A stretch of DNA of 64,000 nucleotides, taken from Eutreptiella sp. 'Long Island Sound 2002'. Lineage: Eukaryota > Protista > Euglenida. The notes under the pieces are model-generated. The model was not told the origin of the DNA. It ran no database searches and worked only from the letters and a program-made list of their open reading frames with translations. The stretch is taken from contig OZ038379.1 of assembly GCA_964036045.1 (NCBI GenBank), positions 2,356,001-2,420,000 on the forward strand, in the 5' to 3' direction. Shown one piece after another: positions 23,999-37,211 of the stretch. Position 1 is the stretch's first letter. The number at the start of each line of letters is the position of its first letter. The position numbers and the translations under genes are program-made.

Positions 23999-24725
23999 TA
24001 AGGTCCTCAACAGAAGCACATGATGTGTCCTGTGTGCATGTGATGAGACTTAAAATGTCTATGTAAACGTGGCCTGATGTACAGATTGAGGCTCGATTCA
24101 GGTCAACTTGATCAGGAACGACCGTCAGACGTGAGGATAGCCTCCTACCAACAAGAGGCACAAATATTGGGCGAGACTACCTCAGATGGGGATGCTGAAG
24201 CAAAAATTTGATGCTTAAGGATCCAGCAGGATCCAGCAAAGCACAAAGAAAGAAAAAAATGCCGGGCTTCCATACGCCCGGATCTCAACAGAGCACTGGC
24301 CGACCAATAACCACTGTCAGCCAATCATCAACGACCGTCGGTTGACTGCCAACCACGAAATCCTGCCACCTAAAACCTTGGGCCAAGCGGGGTGGATGAA
24401 CTTTCACTTGGGGGGGCCGGGGTTCATTAGAGCCCCTCGCCCAGACCCCCCCAAAAAGGGCTTAATTGGTAGGAGTCCCCAAGACCAACCTGAGGAGCAT
24501 TGTGGTTATAATGGCACTGGTATTTGTGTTTAAGGCCAATGTGGGGAGAACTTATAGTGGCTGCATAACCCCTGCCTTCTCGGGATCTCCGGTGTGGGGA
24601 GACATGAAGAAGAGACAAAGCGCTGCCTCTTTTCTATGCAACAATGGCCCCTATCAATTGAGCTCCTTTCCCAACCCCCCATCCCAGTTTTGGGGGGCTC
24701 CATTGGCATTCCCCCCAAGCAAAAG

Positions 24726-25670
24726 TCATCGACATCGATGAAGGGGGAGGGGGTGGGGGCAATCAAGGCCACCCAAAAGACCGCTCCGCCCGAGGTCAAG
24801 CCCCCATTCCCAATATTCATGCCTCGCAGTGCCGCCTGCAGGTTCTGCACTCCTTTGATATCGTTCTGCGTCACCCTGGAGTACCGCTTCCGCTGGCAAA
24901 ACAGTGGCCGGCACCACGTCCCCTGCCCCAGCCACACCCGGCAGGATGCGCTCCCGATTGAGCGCCACAATCTTGGCGGTTGGCTCCCGACGGGCGGCCT
25001 CGTACGTCTGCAGCGCACGCGCGACCGCCGCGTGCATTCGCGGGGGGGAGCGCAGGGCCTCAGCGAGCGCCACGCCATCCAGAATGGCCTGGTTGGCCCC
25101 CTGCGACCCGTACGGGAGCATGGGATGCGCGGCGTCCCCCATCAGAGAGACCCGGCCAAAGCTCCAGCGCGCGAGCGGGTCGCGGTCGACGGCTGGGAAC
25201 TGCACGATGGTGCTCTGTATCCTGTCGAGGAGGCCCGGGCAGCTGAGGAAGGGGAACTCCCACGCCTGCAAAGGGGCCAGTTTGGAGGTGGGACACGGGA
25301 CCCCCCAGTCCCTCAGGGCTGCCTCAGGGACACCCTCGAAGGCTTTCTCGAAGACGAAGTTGACTTCGAGTCGGGGAGCGGCGAGGGCACTGATGGGGTA
25401 CGCCTCCACGCGCTGCTCCGGGGTCCCGACCACAACCATCGTGCAGGGGGGCATGACGCAGGTGTCAGGGGCCATGTGCGCGGTGCCACGGTACAGCATC
25501 GTGCCGTGGAACGTGGGCGGGCCCTCACTCGGGAAGAGCTGCGCGCGCACCTGAGACTTGATGCCGTCAGCGCCGATCAGCACGTCCCCCCGGAACACGG
25601 TATGCTCGCCGGTGGCGGTCGCGGCGGCGAACACCAGAACTGCGGCTTCGTCTTGCTCGAAGCCTGTGAC
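24726..25670 (-). CDS. FMO-class A monooxygenase fusion gene, exon 5 (class A hydroxylase C-terminal half)
   Basis: Acceptor ttgcag|GTC, phase 0. DG motif GADGIKS and GD motif GDAAHPMLPYGSQGANQAILDG. Stop TGA at 24726. Confidence 0.9.
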   Translation of the reverse strand, partial: VTGFEQDEAAVLVFAAATATGEHTVFRGDVLIGADGIKSQVRAQLFPSEGPPTFHGTMLYRGTAHMAPDTCVMPPCTMVVVGTPEQRVEAYPISALAAPRLEVNFVFEKAFEGVPEAALRDWGVPCPTSKLAPLQAWEFPFLSCPGLLDRIQSTIVQFPAVDRDPLARWSFGRVSLMGDAAHPMLPYGSQGANQAILDGVALAEALRSPPRMHAAVARALQTYEAARREPTAKIVALNRERILPGVAGAGDVVPATVLPAEAVLQGDAERYQRSAEPAGGTARHEYWEWGLDLGRSGLLGGLDCPHPLPLHRCR

Positions 25671-25799
25671 CTGCAACGACCCCAAAAAAAGACTCACAGC
25701 ACGAAGGGGGAAAGGGGGGGATGAAGCATAAAACTCCAATGTGACACATTTGTTCAATTTTTAAACGGAAGGCAATAATGTTGCCTGGGGCAATTTTGC

Positions 25800-25860
25800 T
25801 GATCAGAATTTCGCCAAAGGAAAATTTCCCACCCTTGAAATCCCCAACGCTCAAAGTGCC
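25800..25860 (-). mobile_element. Remnant of the right end of the pogo-SAM element family, in intron 4
   Basis: AATTTCGCCAAAGGAAAATTTCCCACCCTTGAAATCCCCAA matches the reverse complement of about 62935-62975. Confidence 0.6.
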
Positions 25861-26689
25861 ACATGCCTGCACAGCTGCAATACAACACACAAAATATGCG
25901 CAAGAAAGAGACTCCAAAACTGCGACACATTGCCACAACATGGTCACAGGAGGCAAGGAGTACACTAGGCACAACCAGGCCTCAAGGAGTTAAGTATCTG
26001 GCATGGGGCAGGCGGGGCTAGGGTGGGCGATCTAAGGCCTTCAGCCTCTAAACAACAAGTGAGCAGGGTGGGAACAGATGATACCCCACCCGCCCCATGG
26101 GCAGTAATGCAAAAGGAAAAACACGCCCGCCGCCACCTACCTCTACTCCAAGCGACAAAACTGCGCCCACCCCCCAACGGTCAGTGCAGGGGGCGGGGGC
26201 GGGGGCAACAACCAAGCGACAATCAGACGCCCTCACCCTGTTGCCTCCCCACGGCAGGCAACCTGCCAGACCAATGGAAAGCATCCGCCGCTTCCACACC
26301 AACAGCCACACAGTGGCAGCAGGGCTCCGGTGGCTTCTCAGGGACCCACACCCAAAACTCCCCGGGCGCATGAAGCCCCCATGCAACTCAATGACCCCCT
26401 GATACCACCCCTTACCCTGCCCCAGGGTAAGACTGGACCAGGGCCAACTTCCCGATGGACCTGGTGGCAGGAAGCTCCCACTACACATACTACATACAAT
26501 GCCCGGCTAAGGTCAGACCCCGATTCCTTCCAAGTGGACCTTGCCAAATCAACTACCTCACCCGGTTACCCCCATGCTCAGTCCTCAGGCAGGACACAGG
26601 GTCAGCCGGCTGAAGATGGGGCGGAACCCAAATGAAGCAACACAGGGTGGTGGAACAAGAATAAATTCTACTGCCTTCAGCAAGGCACC

Positions 26690-28160
26690 TCAAAGAGAGA
26701 TGAGAGACGTCGAGGGGAAGTCATACAGACCCATCCTAGAGGCGACAGAAGGGTTTGGGAAAAAATCCACATTTCAAAAAATTTTCAGGTGCCACTACAA
26801 ACCAGCGATTTTTCGGCTTTTCGGCATGCGCCACGCTACACGGGCCTAGTGGCCACTACCTAGGTACCCTTGGGTGCTAAAGTATCTGTTTTGTCACCAA
26901 ATGATCACCCACACCCATCCCAGAGGCGACCAAAGGAGTTCAGAAAACATTGAAACTTCGAAAAATTGGGGGTACCACTACACAGCCTAAAAATTAGTAA
27001 TTTTGGGGCTTGGGTGGTAGATTTCCCGTATTGTCACCAAGTGATCACCCAGACCCATCCGAAAGGCGGCATATAGATTTCAGAAAAAATCCGAAATTCT
27101 ATTGCCTTCGGCAAGGCACCTCGAAGAGAGGCTGACACCCCCCAAAAAGTGGTACCCAAATACCGGGGGGAGGGGGGTAGAGGGCTCAAAATCGAAAAAT
27201 TCGTTGGGGGATATTGTCTCGCAAAATAAAGATTTTATAAGGGCTTAGACATCCAATATCATGCCTTGGGGTATGCTACGCGAACGACCCCCCAAAAAGG
27301 GGGTGTATAGCGTCCACACCTACGCTTGATCTAACAACCTCTCGTCGAGGTGATTTTCCGGTGCCACCAAATAGCCTGCAAGATAGAAATTTCGGGGCTT
27401 TCGGGGCGGACATGGCACGGGCTACATGGGCCTAGCGGCCACTACGTGGGTCCGCACGCGTGCTCAAGTACCCGTATTATCACCAAATGACCACCCAAAC
27501 CCATCCTAGAGGTGACAAAAGTGGTTCTGAAAAAGTCGAAATGTCGAAATTTTTCAGGTGCCACTGAACAGCCTCAAAAACAGCAATTTCGGGGCTTTCG
27601 GGGAGCCCATGGCCAAGGCTACATGGGCCCAGCGGCCACTACATGGGTACCCTTGGGTGCTAGAGTCCCCATATTGTCACCAAATGATCATCCAAACCCA
27701 GCCTAGAGGCAACAAAAGGCTTTCGTACAAGATCAAATTTTCGAAAATTTCAGCCGCTGCATGCCAACCTGGAAACGGTTCAGTCCTCACCGGCAAGGGC
27801 CCAAAAGGGGGGCGACCAGGGTTACCCGGAGTTTGGACCCAGGACCCCCACCATTGAGTAGGGGGTCCATATACAAGCAAAAATTCTTCAGGACCTGGGT
27901 CTGAATCAACACACAATGGTCGCAATACGCAAAAAGTTTTGACCCCACCTCCAAAATCGGTACCCAAGAACAGGGGGGGGGGGAGAGAGGTTAAAATTGA
28001 AAAACTCAATGGGGGGGGCAATTTTGTCTCCCAGGAGGATGATTTTACAAGGGATTAGACATCCGATATCATGCCTTGGGGTATGCTACGTGAATGAACC
28101 CCCCAAAGGGGGGGTGGTATGTCACCCACGCACCTGCGCTTGATCTAACGACCTCTCTTT
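26690..28160. repeat. Nested copies of the 4700-5360 repeat family in intron 4
   Basis: Repeated CACCAAATGATCACCCA.ACCCATCC.AGAGG units and a duplicated CATGCCTTGGGGTATGCTACG block. Confidence 0.6.
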
Positions 28161-29616
28161 GAGGTGACTTGTGTGACACACAATCCACGGTTGCACCCAC
28201 ATTCCCATTGGTGCCCACTCCCCAATCCCAAGTTATCCGAAAAAATGGACAACACCCTCCACCCCAAACAGGCCACCACCTGGATCACATACCACACTCC
28301 CATCGACTCTGCAATGTGCTGGTGGAGCACCCTTTCACACTTCCCCACCACCACAACCCCAACAAGGCCAATTGCCAAGTAGCTTGGGAGAAGACCCCCA
28401 CCGGAAATCCCTCCACCACATCTTGGTGGTCTTGGGTAGCATCGTTGCATGTGACACCAGATGCCCGGAGTAGAGTGCGCACCGGGCCAGCACAGACTGA
28501 GAGAACCAAAGACCACTGAACCCCTCACCTCAGCAAGCTCTCACCCCAAATTCCTGAAGATTGGACGCCAAGCGAGAAGCACATGGCCAAACACCTGCAC
28601 TAGCGACTGCAAGACGCCAACAGGCACACCATCACAATATTGCGGCCCCCAAAGTGTCTATGCCAACAGCCCCACCATCTGGGGCCCGGTACCACCCTGG
28701 GGCTGCAAGGCCCACTGTAGGGATCCCCAGAAACTTTGCAAGGATCAGACCTCAGACTAGGACACTCCACAGCCGCAACCAAGCCAAACAAAGCAGTTTG
28801 GCCAAAGAGGAATCCCTGGAGCAGATCTCCCCAAGACATAAATAAATGCTCGCCACAAGGGTTTTGGCCACTGGCCAGCAGATAGTTTGTTTAGGTGCTT
28901 GTTTTTTTTTTGTTTTTTGCTTCTTCTTTTTTTGGCAGAAAATATGTAAAAAAAAACTGTTTGCATTTCACCACTGTTGTTTCTGTTCTTGTGAATGTGG
29001 CCTTGGGCCACTGGACCAAGTAGACGGGTCCATACATGACACCCCATGTCGAGAACGAGCGGGGAAAGAGAGGACGACCAGCTAAACAGCTTGCAAGGGA
29101 AATGTCATAGGGCAAGAAAGGGAAGACCCATGGCCGGCACACAGACGGGCGCTAGGGCCCGGAAAGGCACAGACCAGCAAGAAGTGGAGCACAACTGACC
29201 GCAGGAGTGGAACCAAGAGAGCCGCCCCCCGCATAGGGCAGAAGCATCCTCGCATTATCACAGGATGCAGCAATCCGGTGCAAGGCTGAAAGGCTGAAAG
29301 GCTGGGTCAAAACTTGCGATTGCTGGGCGACCTATGACAACCCCCAGAGACCCTTGGGCCGGGGTGGGGTGATCATTTGGTGACAACGGGAGTGCATGTA
29401 AACCCATGGGGGGCGGCCATTTTCTTTTGTTGTTGGGGGGGGGCTGTCAAGGAGGAAGGGTTGGGGGTCTGGACCCCCCCCCTCAGCCCCCACCCCACCC
29501 CCACTGGTCTCCAGTTGCTAAAAAGGACTCTGGGCGTCCCCCAATGGCATGGACTGCAATGGCATGGACTGCACCCTCCAGGCCAGTCTTTGCATCAAGG
29601 GCCACAGAATGTGCAC

Positions 29617-29853
29617 CTGCATGCCCACGTGCATCTCAATCTGGCGCGACTGCACTGCCTTGTACAGCAGCTGGAGGAACCTGGCACAGCTGACACTGCA
29701 CTGCGGAACCTTCTGGCCACTTGGCAGCTCCAGGGCACATTGCTTCCTGGAGACCACCTGGCCGCTGTCAGTGGCGAAGACCACCTCCTGAGGTTGGGCA
29801 GCAACGTCCAACAGCTTCTGATGGAGCCCCAGTTGCTGCAGCACTATGAACAC
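29617..29853 (-). CDS. FMO-class A monooxygenase fusion gene, exon 4
   Basis: Acceptor tgctag|GTG and donor CAG|gtgcac; 237 nt, phase 0/0. VFIVLQQLGLHQKLL...PQCSVSCARFLQLLYKAV...HVGMQ joins NIVPK (exon 3) to VTGFEQD (exon 5) as expected for class A hydroxylases. Confidence 0.85.
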
Positions 29854-32415
29854 CTAGCAGAGATCATGAAGATAGGGATGCAGGAGGGGAGCGGAGGGTG
29901 GTTAGGAGGAGAGGAGAAAGCTGGGCACTATAACCAAGAAGAGGGAACAGAGGAAGGATGAAGACAAAGGAAAATCACTTTTCGTCTGGCCTCGGGGATT
30001 GAGGTGTTGAGGCCAGTGGTGTGGAGAGCCTGCATCCCGATCCGAAGCCGAACACAGGAACAAGCAGAAAGTGAGAAAAAACGAGGGACAAGCAGACGAC
30101 AGAGAATGGCCATGTCAGGCAAAGATAAGATGGAGACAATACGCACAGCTCGTGGGAGGGGGCAGTGGAACACCAGCTGGGGGGGTGGTCACTGGCCACC
30201 TGCTCGCAGGTAACAGCCAAGTATTGTCGGCTTCCGGCCAAATCACCTGGCAGAGGGTGTTAAAAATCATGTAGGCACGCAGAAAGGGAAAACGCCACTT
30301 ACCTGCCTTTGAGGTGTATTTGATTGCACTTGCTATCCTTGGCCCTCACTGGTTTACTGCGCTGTACATGTGCCGCCGCATCCGACCACTATTGCTCCGC
30401 AACGCCACCCACTGTAGATGCTACTCTCTGCCACCATGGATGCTGCTCCTAGGCTGGGTGGCAGCAACATTAAACTGCAGTGTTGCAAAAGGGCCACAGG
30501 CAGCCACATGGATCTGCATCTTAGTGCAGTGCCAGGGAGGGTCAGCCAGTCCCCAAATCACCCCCCCCACCCACCCCTCGGGTCACTAAGCTACTGCAAT
30601 TGCATCCCCCCACTTGTCTCTTGCTACACCCAACCTGCTGCTTCCCCCCTCTCCAAGAGAGATGTCCCTAATGAGTATCATTCGTACAAAAAAAATCTGG
30701 ATATTTGGATTCTTAAGGATAGCCCTTGTGGGACTGCACCACAGAGCAGAATCGTTCTCGAACTGCAGCTGCACGGTCGGTGTGGGAGCCCCAAATCCAG
30801 GAATTGGGTGCATGGTGGCACAACGCAACACGACCACAACCCATATGCAACATAACACAGCACATTTCTAGTTCTCATTCATAGTCTTTGTATTCTGAGT
30901 AACCTGGCCAAACATTTACGGCCACAGGGTTACTTGCTTACCTCTAACAAAAAAAATTGACATCATCCTTGATGTTGTGTTGGGCTACAACTCCACATCT
31001 GCAGTCCAGATACATCTAGGATGTAAAAGGGTGTGTTTTGCAGCCTGTAGCCTTGCCTACTACTGGCCACGGCTCGTGAATTCACCAGTTCCACTGAAAA
31101 TGACTAACATGGGTCGGCTGAAAATTGCACTTTTTCTGGTGAGGCCAAAGGGTCCCTGGGGGATCATCAGGTGGTGGCTACACGCCAACCAAGTCTTGGG
31201 CACCACGGCAATTAAGCCCAAACTGATGCTACATCTATACATATGTATATTACTGCACCCCTCTCCTCTTAAATCCCGCCAAAAAGCAAGCAACAAGCAA
31301 GCAAGCAAGCACGTCACATTTCCGTTTTGGCCACCATTCCTTCCCAACGCTTCGGACTATACGGCACTCTCGCCATCCTAGAGCCTAGGTGGTGCTCTTG
31401 CGAAATCCAAGTTTTGAGCCCAAAGCTCAGCAGTGGCGATCCGGGGCAGGGGTGCCCAGTCGGGAGGTGCCCTCCCAAATCAGCGCAATTTGGGGCCCAA
31501 AACAGGCATTTTTTGCCCAAAGCAGCCCTAGAACCTGGTCAAAACGGCCAAATGAAGGGAAACGGTTGCTACATTACATGTGCGACTTGACTTCCTTGTG
31601 TCAAAGAGCCGTTTGGTGCCCTTCACTTGCACAATATGTCCGAGAAACGCCTCAATAGGGGCCCCAAAAGCCCAAAGCCCGCGTAGATCGGCCACAGCCA
31701 GCCCCAAACCATGCACAAGCCATATCTTGGGCTGCATGGCTCAAAATGCAATTCTGAGGGCACCTAATCCACGCGCAATCCCCCCTTTTTGTGGTTTCCA
31801 CCCCTCATAAGCACCCAAACAGACACCTGGACCCCCCGGCGGCAAACTGCAAGCTGAAGCCCAAACAGGTGGGTGCCAACCCGGGTCAATGGGGTCCACT
31901 CGGGGCAGAAAAATGACTTTTTGCACAAATGGTTTCAGACCACCTGGGATGCAAAAACAAGTGGTTTTAGCCCGTTTTAGCCTGTGGTGGCCAGGCTCAT
32001 CAAAGAACATCACCCACACACCAAGCCCGGCCCTCCACAAGGCGTACTTGCCTACAGCATGTTGTTTTATGGCTTGGGAGTGGTGGTTGAGCACGCATCA
32101 GTTGTTGTGCCCAGGAGTTGGACGCAGAAGCTGTGCCTACTACTTCTAGGCCCTCCGTATCAAAGGCCCCGTGCAGTGCCCCGCTGCATCGTATCTTGGA
32201 AGGGAGGGCAAAGGCAAAGGCAGAGTGGCCAGGGGATCTCTGCATCATCGTGCTGTGCTTATTATTCCCTTCCTATTCTGCAAGTGGGCACCCTGACGCC
32301 CAGGACAGCCGAGTGTCAGTGTTTCTCTTGCCCCACCCGAACTGGAGCACTTTGTTAAGCAACCGAGCGATCCAACCACTGAACCTGGTTTCCTGGTAGT
32401 GGAGGCAAGTATGAC

Positions 32416-33014
32416 CTTGGGAACAATGTTCAGCCCTGCACCCACATCATTGCTGGGGGTGTGACTCCGCTCTACGATCACAGGCCGCAGCCCGTGCCTC
32501 TCCAACAGCAGAGCGGCGGCCATGCCTGCAATCCCACCGCCGGCAATGATGACCTTCAGGCGCATGTCCCCTTGCGGGCTGCGGGACACTCTGTACAGCT
32601 GGGTCTCCGCCTCTGCCCGCGACATGCCGTACGTTGTGGCTGTGGCCCCGACCGGCCGGTACCGCTTGGCCCAAGCGAAGGGCAGGAGGGACATCACAAA
32701 GCAGCCAAGCCACAGCACCACCGCCAGCCGCATTAAACGACTTTGCCACAACTCATGGAAGGAGAGCCGCTGCCGCAGCAGCTCCTGCCGGGCCAGCTGC
32801 GGTTGAGCCCCAGGGCCCCGCAGGCGGAACTGGGCGGCAACGAAAGGTCCAAACGCCAGAGCCAGGGCCAGCTGCGGGTCTCGGTAGAGGATGGGAAAAA
32901 TGGGCCCGTGCTAGCGATGTCATTGAGGTACAGGACGTAGTCCACAAGGCCCTTGACGCGGCGGGCCAAGTGGGAACCAAACTGGTACAGATAATGCTGC
33001 TCGTCGATAAGCGC
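32416..33014 (-). CDS. FMO-class A monooxygenase fusion gene, exon 3 (FMO C-terminus, hydrophobic linker, class A Rossmann start); frameshift near 32905
   Basis: Acceptor ctgcag|GCG and donor AAG|gtcata. Reads LVDYVLYLNDIAS, then after the shift PILYRDPQLALALAFGPFVAAQFRLRGPG...LAVVLWLGCFVMSLL...KVIIAGGGIAG...ER...VGAGLNIVPK with no stop from 32910 to 32416. Confidence 0.85.
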
Positions 33015-35093
33015 CTGCAGACAAGGAAACATGGCACCGTCAACAACGGCATGGCAGGGAAGCACAGAGACACCATGGAGCAACAGCGCACAGCACAAGG
33101 GCGGCGGAGAGGGGCAGCGCTGCGAGGGGAAGCCGCAACAGCCACACCCATATACACGGCAAGCTGAGGTGACCCAGCACCGGGGTCCTGCCTGCACTTT
33201 AGACGGGGAGCATGAGGGGGTTGCGATCCTGCAGCCACCGCAGGGGTGTAACAATACCATACACACCACACAACCTCAGGTGGTGCCCATGGACCATGCA
33301 CCACCTTTTTTTTTTAATCCGGCGCATCCTGTGTCCAATCGTGCTCTCAAAATAATCCTGGATCAGAAATCAGTATCGACGGTGTACGAGGACAGCCTCA
33401 CAGGGTTACTGTTTTCCCATAGACCCGGGAGGAAGGCGGCCTTGCTTCCAGTCTACCATGCGTCGCATGCCACTTCTAGGACTGTTCACCCGGGAAAACC
33501 CATGCCTCTTAACTAGGCCCCTGTGCGTGGTGAGCCCTTTCCTTAATTGCGCCCCTTTTCGAAAGGCTTCCTTTGCCCTCTCACTCGGCGTTGAGGCCGT
33601 GCCCAGAATGCTGTGTCCTCATACCGCAGGAAACCTCCTCATGGTCCATCGCGCCCTAATCTCTGCCCGCGCGTGCTCCGCGTGTTGCACGCGCACCGGT
33701 CCCCACACTTCGCCTCAGGAGCCGGGCTAGCGCGCCCCTCAATGCCTTAGTGACATGCATTAGGCGATCTAGCCACCCCACGCGATGGCCCTTCACTCAT
33801 GCAATCGCAGCTAGCAGCCAACAGGTAACAGCCGTGATGGTCTCACCGCCGATGGTAGAGGGGGTGAACAGTCCCCCGCAACTCTCAACGACCATCCCCA
33901 TGGCTCCTCTCCACAACACCTGCTTTTCACCAGGACCGTCCTTAAGGGAAGGGGAAAAAAACAGTCCCCCTACGTTTCATTAAAAAAAACGTCGCACCCA
34001 ATTTGCTTGACGGGGAGGGGGCCATGGGGGTTATCCACAGAGCGATTACAGGGGACTGTGAAAACGGCTGCTGGCGGTTAGAAATACCGTTGGGGCTGAT
34101 GTTGGGGCCTGGGAATGCCTTTGGGGTAGAGTCAGCCACCCCCCCTCAAGTGATTCCCTGCTGCTGCCCCTGGAGCAGCAGTCAACTGAATGGCGCCATG
34201 CCCGTCAAAAACAAGTCAGCTTGTCACGACACCAGTTGGGGGTTTCTGCTGGACGCCACGGACGCCAACTGGAATCTTTGAGCCTCAACTCACCTGCACA
34301 ACAACAGGAGTGTACAGCAACATTCAACCTCGGATTCGAACCCTGCCCTGCTCTTCTACGGTGTTCTCAGCGTCGGCTTCACTCGACGCCGATATTCCGG
34401 GCATGGGGTTCGACCTTGGGGCTTTGGTACACGGAGCCTAAAACTCTATCCGGGTACCAGGAACGTTGCTTTGGCTTTGCCAAGTAGAAGTGCCATTTCC
34501 CACAATTCTTACGGGGTATACTCGGGGAACGCCCTCTGGTCTGTGGAGAGCAGGGCTGCCTTAACCAGTAACCGGCCCCCTGGCCCAGTTACTGGCCAGC
34601 CGGCGCCGCTTAATGGCCAAATTTCGTAAAGCGCCAAGTGTCGTCCTGTAACCGCCAATTGCTGCACCAGCGGTTGCCCACCACTCGCCAAAACGGGGGG
34701 ACTACACCTTCCTTGATGAGAAAAAAGGGAAATCTGGTCCCTCATGGAAATTAAAGATATCGTACGGATTTGCAAATTTGATGCTTCTAATTCGCCATTT
34801 TGCATCACAAATTCGCGATGTTCGGCGTGGCTTCCAACCCCAGCCGCATGTTTGTGGTGGTCACTGTTTCCGTGCGCACTGTGCATGCACCGTGCAGTCC
34901 CCACCATCTGTGCCCGTTCTCCTGTCTCCTGTACCTGTCATGCCTATCTCCCCATGTCCTGCTCTATTCTTCTGCCTGTTGCCGATGCAGATTCCATCTG
35001 CACAGAGCGTGTCGCGCGCGCACACCCTCATACAGCAGGCACTCCCTCACACAGCAGGCACGAGAACACAAGGGAGACGCACGAGGCAGGCAC

Positions 35094-35439
35094 CTGCAGC
35101 CGCATCTCCTCCGGCGAAGGGAGGGGCACGGCTCCGCGCAGCACCTGGACACAGAGCCGCGCCTGCTGCTCTGCAACTGGTGGCAGCGCCCCAAACCCTG
35201 GTCGGCCAAACCCCACGAACATCACGGCGGAGCCGAGGTCGGGGTGGATGCAGTGCTTCCAGAGCTTGCGGACCTCTGTCATGTCGTGCAGGGCGGCCTG
35301 AAGGAGGGGGTCGCCCTCGGGGTCGAAGAAGTTGAAATCCAGCTGAAAGCCGGTGTGCTGAAGAAGAATGTCGGCCTCGATCTGCGAGCCATCCTGTGAC
35401 GGTGGTGCCAGGCCCTATGCTCTGGACATTGGGCTTCAC
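35094..35439 (-). CDS. FMO-class A monooxygenase fusion gene, exon 2; frameshift near 35394
   Basis: Acceptor gatcag|GTG and donor CAG|gtgcct. Reads VKPNVQSIGPGTTVT, then after the shift DGSQIEADILLQHTGF...FVGFGRPGFGALPPVAEQQARL. Confidence 0.85.
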
Positions 35440-37211
35440 CTGATCACAAAAAGGAGGCAGGAGCAGGGAATCGCTTGAAGGGAATCGCTCCGCCCCCAAG
35501 GTTCTGGCCCTGATTCCACCCCGAAGGCATTCCCTACCCCAACACCAGCCCCAACCGCGTTTCGAACCGCCAATAACCGCCTCCCAGCCACTTTCACGGT
35601 CCCCTGTAACCGCTCTGTGGCAGCTCTGGAATTGCCCCCATGCAGGGGGAGGGGGGGATATGGCGCTCACTGTGGGAAGTTTTGCTGCATGCTGCATCCC
35701 ACGGAGGCTGCCAAAAAGCCCTTTGGCAGGGCACAAAGGTGGGAAACGGCCCATTCATATGTCCAGTGTACCGCACTTGTCGGGGTTTGGAGGGGGCCAT
35801 CATCGGTCGCTGTGATCAGCTGCTGGTCTGCAAAAACAGCATTGGGGCTACTCGCTGTACATCAGCGCCGCTGTTGTCTTGTGCTAGCTCATGTCTCGTG
35901 AACGAGGGCCTGTGGGTAAAGCATACCACTTGCTTGCCACTCCACAACCGTATGTCAGGGGGCCTGGGTGAGGTGCATCAAATGGTCAGTAAGCTGAGCT
36001 GGATGTCCGTGCCTTGGTATGAGTTTGGGGAGGGGGGAGTGGACCATAAAAGTCAAGAGTTTGTTGGGGTTGTTCACCACCGCCACCATTTGGCAGCTTC
36101 TGCACCCCTAGGCCTCCACACGCAGCCAGGATCGGCGACGCTTTTTCACCTTCAGTCCTTCAGTCCACTCAGGACCATGCAGCGTAGAGAAGGGTACGTA
36201 TGGGCGATGTGGGTATGAGATTGGCCACTGACCCATGGCCATTGGCGGTTAGATCATGGCGGTTGGCGGTGCTGGTGGTTGCCCAACGCCGGTCAATACA
36301 TCCAGAAAAACGCACTTGTTCAAATTTTGTGGAGGAAACCCTCCGTTGCTGTGCCGACACTGAGCAACACAGCACATGGGTTGCTTGCTGTGCACCGATG
36401 CTCTGGGTCTTTTCCGTGGCACCAGGCCGAAAACAAAGGGCTGTGGGGGCACTGAATAGTCCAGTGAGCACGTGTGATGACCTGGTAGGGGCACAGCCGG
36501 AGTCGTGATTCACTGATCCCTTGCGCCACCCTCCCCGCAACACATTTCCCCCCACTCTTGCCACTGTGTCGGAGTCACACCAAATTCTGAGCACTGGACC
36601 ATATGTGATACATCTGTTCTGAAGTAGGCCCCAGGAAATGATGCAATTGTGTTGTGGACCAAACAGTTTATAGATGTATGGGGGGTGTAATAATGTAACA
36701 ATCACCTCAGAAACAAGGTGCTGTGGTGGGTGAAAGTTCGCCGTTTTTCGGAATGGGCGATACCAGCCATTCGGCCTGGCAAGGAAGACCCTGCACTCCG
36801 GACACATAGGGAGCACCCTGTGGTCTAATCTACCGGTGGGCTCATTGTACCACCGCCTAACGCACCAGTCCCCTGTGGATTATGGTCTTGCGCCCCCCCC
36901 CCCCCCCGTTTCGCACAGCCCCTCATTGCCGTCTGTCCACTGCAGTCTAATGGAGTGATCTGACGTAGTCGCCCGGTAGAGCGTGTGAAGTCCCTGAGAC
37001 AGCTGGCAGTTAGATCATGGCGGTGGGTGGTACTTGTGTTTGCCGAACGCTGGTGAGCGAAATCTGGTGCGTAAACCCCGGCGGTTGGGAATGAACCGAA
37101 AACGGGCGGCCGATAACCGCCAGCGATTGGCCGGGACCCGCCGGCCGAAGAGCGAAAGAGAACCTCCTTATGGAGAGCCCTGGTGTTGCAATGGGGTTGC
37201 GCAGACCGGAC

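Noticed and set aside
24594-25724. 376-aa plus-strand ORF
   Set aside because: Antisense shadow of the GC-rich monooxygenase exon 5; the same applies to 37524-38261 and 24904-25554.
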